Assembly (NCBI GenBank): GCA_046563655.1
Contig: CM102288.1
Span: forward strand, 620,001-684,000
From: Yuukianura sp. NJ FZ-2021
Lineage: Eukaryota
Direction: 5' to 3'
Length of the DNA stretch: 64,000 nt
Shown: piece by piece, positions 58,872 through 64,000 of the stretch
Layout of the letters: each line of letters begins with the position of its first letter
How positions within the stretch are numbered: position 1 is the stretch's first letter
Notes under the pieces: model-generated
Told to the model about the DNA's origin: nothing
The model's input: the letters and a program-made list of their open reading frames with translations, nothing else
Databases searched by the model: none
Translations under genes and position numbers: made by a program

Positions 58872-61800
58872 TCATTGTACATTTGGAAGAATACTGGCCT
58901 TGATTAGTTTAATTGGGAGTTTGTAGTCTGGGTATTCCTCCAAAAGTGCATCGCAGAGTTCTACGATAGAGTAGCAACGTTCCTCCAGTTTCTTAATTTC
59001 TTCTTCCACTTCCTTCGGATGTGCTGGAACTTCAAATCGCTTCAGATTCACTGATTCCAGCGTTTTGTACTTGATTTGACGCAGAATCACTTCAATCAAG
59101 TTCTAAAACACACAAACAAAAAAGTTCAATTTGATTCCAAACTTTTGAGTTGTAAGTTTTTTGAAATTTTAAATTTTGACTTTGTGTTTTTCGATGGCAG
59201 CTTCTGACAACTTTTCATCTGCAGCATCAATGATTTTCTTGATTTGACGCAGCGTGTCTGTGCTGCATTTGATTTTGTCTTCCATCTTAGCAATACTTTC
59301 TTCAGCATTTTTGACTTGGGCTTCAGCATCTTTCGCTTCCTGAAATTAACGAGAATAGAAACTAATTAAAAATGATAATAAACAATAACTTTTTGTGAAA
59401 TTTCAAAAAAGTTTTTCTTTGTTTTCAAAATGAAGTCAATCAGCACAAGCACAAGGTTTCTTCAATTTTCAATTTTCTAATTAAAACTTGAACAAAAGAG
59501 AACTTTTGAAACAAAACTTTTTCTAAGGAAAGATGAAAAAGAAACTTTTGTTTCCAAAAAGTCAAAGACGCTTCAGAAAGTTATGTTCGAGTGTGATAAC
59601 CAGAAATACAAAGTTTTCAAAATTTTGAAAAGTAAATCAGTTTGACCTTTGACCTTTACCTCTAGAATTTGCTTTCGTTTGTTCTTAATGTTGGCTTCTT
59701 CACGTTGAACATGGATAAGCATAGTGTTTGGATGAATATTGTTCTTCTTCATGTTGAAATCTGCCTGTTGAATGATTCTCTCTCTTTTGTCAATTGTTCC
59801 CTCCATGTCCGCCATCAATTTCTCTTGCACACGACGCAACTCGTTGTGTCGAACCTGAAAACCCGCCAATTTCAAATTTCAAAAACAAATTTCAAGGTCA
59901 TGACCTTTGACCTCTGACCTGCATATGATGAATAGCCAGTCGGAGTTGAGTCATGGAGCTTTCTTGTTCCTTCTTGATCGACTCTTTAAGTTCTTTGGCC
60001 ATTTTGACTTTTCTTTCCCAAACTAAGCACTGATCATGCGCTTCAGCCAGTTCTCGAGACAATCGCTGTTTTTCTCCTTCCAACCGACCAATTTCATCTT
60101 GCAGCTCCATCGCTTCAAATTCAGCGTCCTAGCATATTTCAAAAGTAGAAATTTTGAAGTTTTTGAATTTGAAAGAGTAAAAGGTCAAAGGTCAACCTAC
60201 TTTGAGGACATTGATGAGTTCGTTTTGAAGCAAAATGTTGTCACGTTCCATGGCTTCTTGCTCTTCTTTTCCATGAAAAAGTTTGGAATTGAGTAAATCG
60301 ATTTCCATTTGCGCTTGCTTAATAGCGCGCTCCAATTTCCGGATTTGTTCTTGTTTTTCCTCATTTTCAGCGTGGAGTCGCTGACGCTTGCGCTCCAAAA
60401 TGAATTCCTCTGGAAATTTTCAAAAAAAAACTTTCAAAAAGTTTACTTTTCTTAAAATTTTGAAATTGTTCTTTTTTTTTTTTGACTCACCTTTGCGTCT
60501 CAAATCGTTTTCGTGCAGAATTTGATCTCGCTTGATCGTAAGTGACACGAGTTCATCTTGCAGTTTGAGCCATTTTTCTTGCAATTCGATACAAATGTTG
60601 CGATTGGAGGAAACTTGACGCTCCAATTCTTGAACTTCTTCTTCCAGTCGACCAATTCCGAGATTCTGAAAAAAAAATCAAAATTTTGAAAATAAAAAAA
60701 CAAGTTTGTGAAAAAACTAGTCCCGAATTTTTTTTCCATTTTCTGTTACCTCTTGTTCTTGCATCAATTTCTGGAGTTTGGTTGTCAGAATTTGGACTTC
60801 GGAATTTTTCTTTTGCAAAGTTCGTTCTGAAAATTTAATTTGAACTGCCTGTTTTTGCAGTAAAGCTTCCTGAACTTTTAATTTTTTCTCCAATTCCGCA
60901 AGCGTTGTTTCTTTTTTGAGCAAATCTGTTCTTAGCACTTCGCATTCGTAAGTGGCTCGTGTGAGCTCGTTTTCAACTTTCACCATTTCATCTTCACTCG
61001 CCCGTGTTTTGTCCCGAGCAAGTTGAATCTAAAATTCAAAAAATGTAACAATGGTAACCATTCGGTGGTTACCCCTAAAATGGTTACACTTGAGGTTACA
61101 GCGTAACCCTTTGAACTTTGTTTTACTACCTGTCGAGCAATTCCTTGAGCCACTTGGTCCATCGCAGTTTGTTCCTGAATGATCTTCAGAATGTCATCTT
61201 CCAATGCCTTTTTTTCATTGAGAAGTTTCTGAATCCGCTGTCTCGGAGCATCCAGTAGCTTTTCAAGAGCTACGAGTTCACTGAGTCCCTTAGAATACTC
61301 GTCTTGTACTTGCTGCTTTAGTTGCTGGAGCATTGACAAGTTGGATTGCAATTCAGTCACTTGACCTTCGAACCCGGCAACACGCGACTTCAAATTTCGA
61401 TCTTCCATTTTACGACGTTTCAGCCGAACGGTCGCCGCTTCATGGTTTTCTTGCTCCTTCGTAATTGCGCGCTTCAACTGCTTGATTTCAGTCTCTTTTA
61501 GACGCAGTTCCTCTGCTGTGGCGCTACCAAAATCAATTTCAAAATCAAATTTTAATTTGTAAAAAAAAAATTAAATTTTAATTTTAAAAATGTTAATTTT
61601 CAAACTTTTAAAAATTGGATTTTCACTTGATTAGAAGATAACCTGTAGTTTTTAAAACTAGTTTTAATTTAACTTACTCAATTGTTTTTCTGGCGGCACT
61701 CAAAGCTTCATCTCTCGTCCTTACAACGGCAATCGTTTCGTTCCATGCTCTCTGCAAATGCACTTTTTCAATCTGCAGAGCTTCAATTTCCGTTCTAAAA

Positions 61801-63712
61801 AGTAAATTGAAAATCAAATTTAAATTTCCAAAAATTGAAAAATTTCAGTCCTCAACCTTCTGACTTTAGTGAAATTCAAGCTTCAAACAAAGTTTTCACG
61901 TTTTGGAGTTTAAAGGCTCAAATTTTTGTAAATTGTGGAAAGATTTTGAAAAGAAAAGCGGATTTAGAGTAATCATGCTAATTAATTCCATTTCAAAAGC
62001 TTCTTTTGTGTTTCAGCGCTGAAATTTTAGCTTTTGGCATAGAAATGGAATTTTAGGTGACAAAAGCATTAGGTTTTTAGTACTTTCTGGGAAAATTTAA
62101 ATCTAGCAATGGATTATGTTATGGTATGCTTTTAGGACTAAAGTGGCTTACGCTGCTTCAGCGATGAAAGCATTGAGTTCCTTTTGTTCCTCAGCATGAG
62201 CTTGGATTTGACGCTGGAGCGCTGCATTTGCTTGCTCCATTTGTTGAAGTCGAAGCATCAAGCGATCCAAGTACACATCTTGATCCCGCTTTTCAACTTC
62301 CGCTTGTTGTTTTAGTTTTTGAAATCGCTCATCAACACGCTGAGAAATCATCAGTTGACCTTCGTAGTCTCGAATGGCCTCTCGGATACACCATTCCATC
62401 AAATCCATTTCCTTCGTAGCTTTCATCAACCGCTTTTCTAAAAAAAACCAAAATCCATTCATTTTCTTCCAAAATTTTGAACTTTTTTTTTTAAAAAAGA
62501 AGCTCAAAATTTACCTTCTTCCATTTCGGCTTTGAGAGCCTGTTCAGCCTGTTTTCTCAGCTGAACAACTTCGGCCGTTTCGGCTTCAATTTTTGTTCGT
62601 TTTTCAGTTAATTCTTGTAATTCTTCTTCCAGTTTTTCCATATGATCAGTTTGGCGTGTCAATTCATACTGGAGATTGTACAATTGCTGACCAAGCTCCT
62701 CTCGCTCTCTACGTTTCGTTTTCAATTCACCTTCCTAAAAAAATTTCAAAAAATAAAAAATAAATTTCAAAGAAAATTTGAAAATTTCATAAATTCAAAT
62801 TCGGTTTGAAATAATTCAAACACGGAAAAAAATCAACACGTTGAAGAAAATAACCTACGAGTTCTCTCAGTTGACATTCTTCCATGTAAATCTGTTTTTG
62901 TAAATGGCGCTTGAGCGCTGCTTGAAATCGCTGCATTCTGGGGTGATCTGGACCAAGCACGACTGCTTTCGCTTCAGGTTCGGGTTCTGTCGGAAGACAT
63001 TCGGAAGAACACGCTTTAGCCGAAACTGTGACTGGAACTTTGAAAAAATCAGCGTCATCCTCATCATCATCTTTGCATTCGTCTTCTTCCTCTTCTGGAC
63101 CTTCCAGAATCCGAATCATTTCTTCCAGCGATTGAGCAGTCAAAGGCACTGGAACAACAAATAAAGCGATTTTTTAAAAATTCTATGCAAAAATCGAAAA
63201 ATATTTCCATTTTTTTAGAATTTGGATTTTTACCCCTCGGAGGAACATTTTCCTCATCAGCATCTTCGCCATACTGTTCAGTGTAAGCCATGAAAGTAGC
63301 TTCCTCCTCATAGTCTTCTCCGATGACCTCAAGGTCAAAGTCCTGATTTGGAAGGTCAAAGGTCATCTCCTCTTCTTCAGCTTCTTCTTCCTCTTCTTCG
63401 ATATCAGACAACCTTGCAATTCCGGTTTCTACCGTCAAACCTGTTTCATCGTCTTCAGCCGTTCCAAGTCCTAATACGAAAGATTTAGTTTCATTTTAAA
63501 TTTAATTTCATTTTAAACAATCGTTTTTCCAAAATTTTGAATTTCAATTCATAATCTCTGAGTTTTTTTTTTCTTCCAAAAGTGCTACCTTCATTGTCTT
63601 CCAGGTTTTGAACGTCGAACTCCCCAGATTCTGTTTCTTCAAGATTGACCTGCATCTGACCTTCGTCGTTCTCGGACGCTCCAGAATTGTTGTCATCTCC
63701 TTTGGACGTCAT
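58872..63712 (-). CDS. CCDC40: Coiled-coil domain-containing protein 40 (axonemal 96-nm ruler subunit)
   Basis: Acidic N-terminus; VLGPDHPRMQRFQAALKRHL, REELGQQLY, EKRDQDVYLDRL, WERKVKMAKE, IHHMQ, QEKLMADMEGTIDKRE; continuous coiled-coil exons. Confidence 0.88.
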
Positions 63713-63881
63713 TTTGAACTATTCAAAAATTGCGGGTAACGGTTCAAGGTTTGGTTTGATGAAAAATGTAGTTTTAGTGAAATGTTACTATTTTTGCACT
63801 TTTGTGATCGGAGAAAGTAAGAGAAAGTTGAACTGAAATCCATTTGTTGTTATGGATTAAACGAATCAAATTTTTTGTTCA

Positions 63882-63895
63882 GTTTCCTTGGCAAC
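63882..63895. promoter_or_regulatory. X-box (RFX binding site) upstream of CCDC40
   Basis: GTTTCCTTGGCAAC fits the X-box consensus GTNNCC-N(0-3)-RGYAAC and lies 170 bp upstream of the ATG of a ciliary gene. Confidence 0.8.
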
Positions 63896-64000
63896 CAAAA
63901 CAAACGCCTCAAAAATTCAACTTTTGAGCAAATTCAGCATAATCCGCATCGCATCGAGGCAAGGTAGGAGCTTTCAAAGAATTTTATTTCACTCGTTTTT

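Overview
AT-rich, short-intron eukaryotic DNA from an invertebrate, probably an arthropod (insect-like Spineless and NURF301 sequences). From left to right: a 131-bp satellite; a tandem minus-strand cluster of four strongly diverged Orai (CRAC channel pore) paralogs; a membrane-anchored gamma-glutamyl hydrolase; a decayed intron-containing dyskerin pseudogene; a motor-only kinesin-6 gene; the PAS and C-terminal part of spineless/AhR (bHLH exons not found, MITEs in its introns); a diverged second copy of the Orai-D + GGH block with a pogo-type insertion in GGH; an orphan gene; a 4.5-kb hAT-bounded composite holding an intact intron-containing Tigger and a 35-bp palindromic minisatellite; NURF301/BPTF; OSTM1; mitochondrial TyrRS; and CCDC40. 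The most striking signal comes from manually splicing the Orai paralogs. Every one naturally carries substitutions that open human Orai1 without STIM (H134 to C/A/S/T; V102S in one; P245S in another). Three have the basic inner-pore ring partly switched to glutamate, and one also has E106D/E190N and no recognisable STIM-binding tail. This suggests an expanded family of store-independent, differently gated Orai channels. Residue equivalences are hand alignments to human Orai1 from memory; no database search was run.
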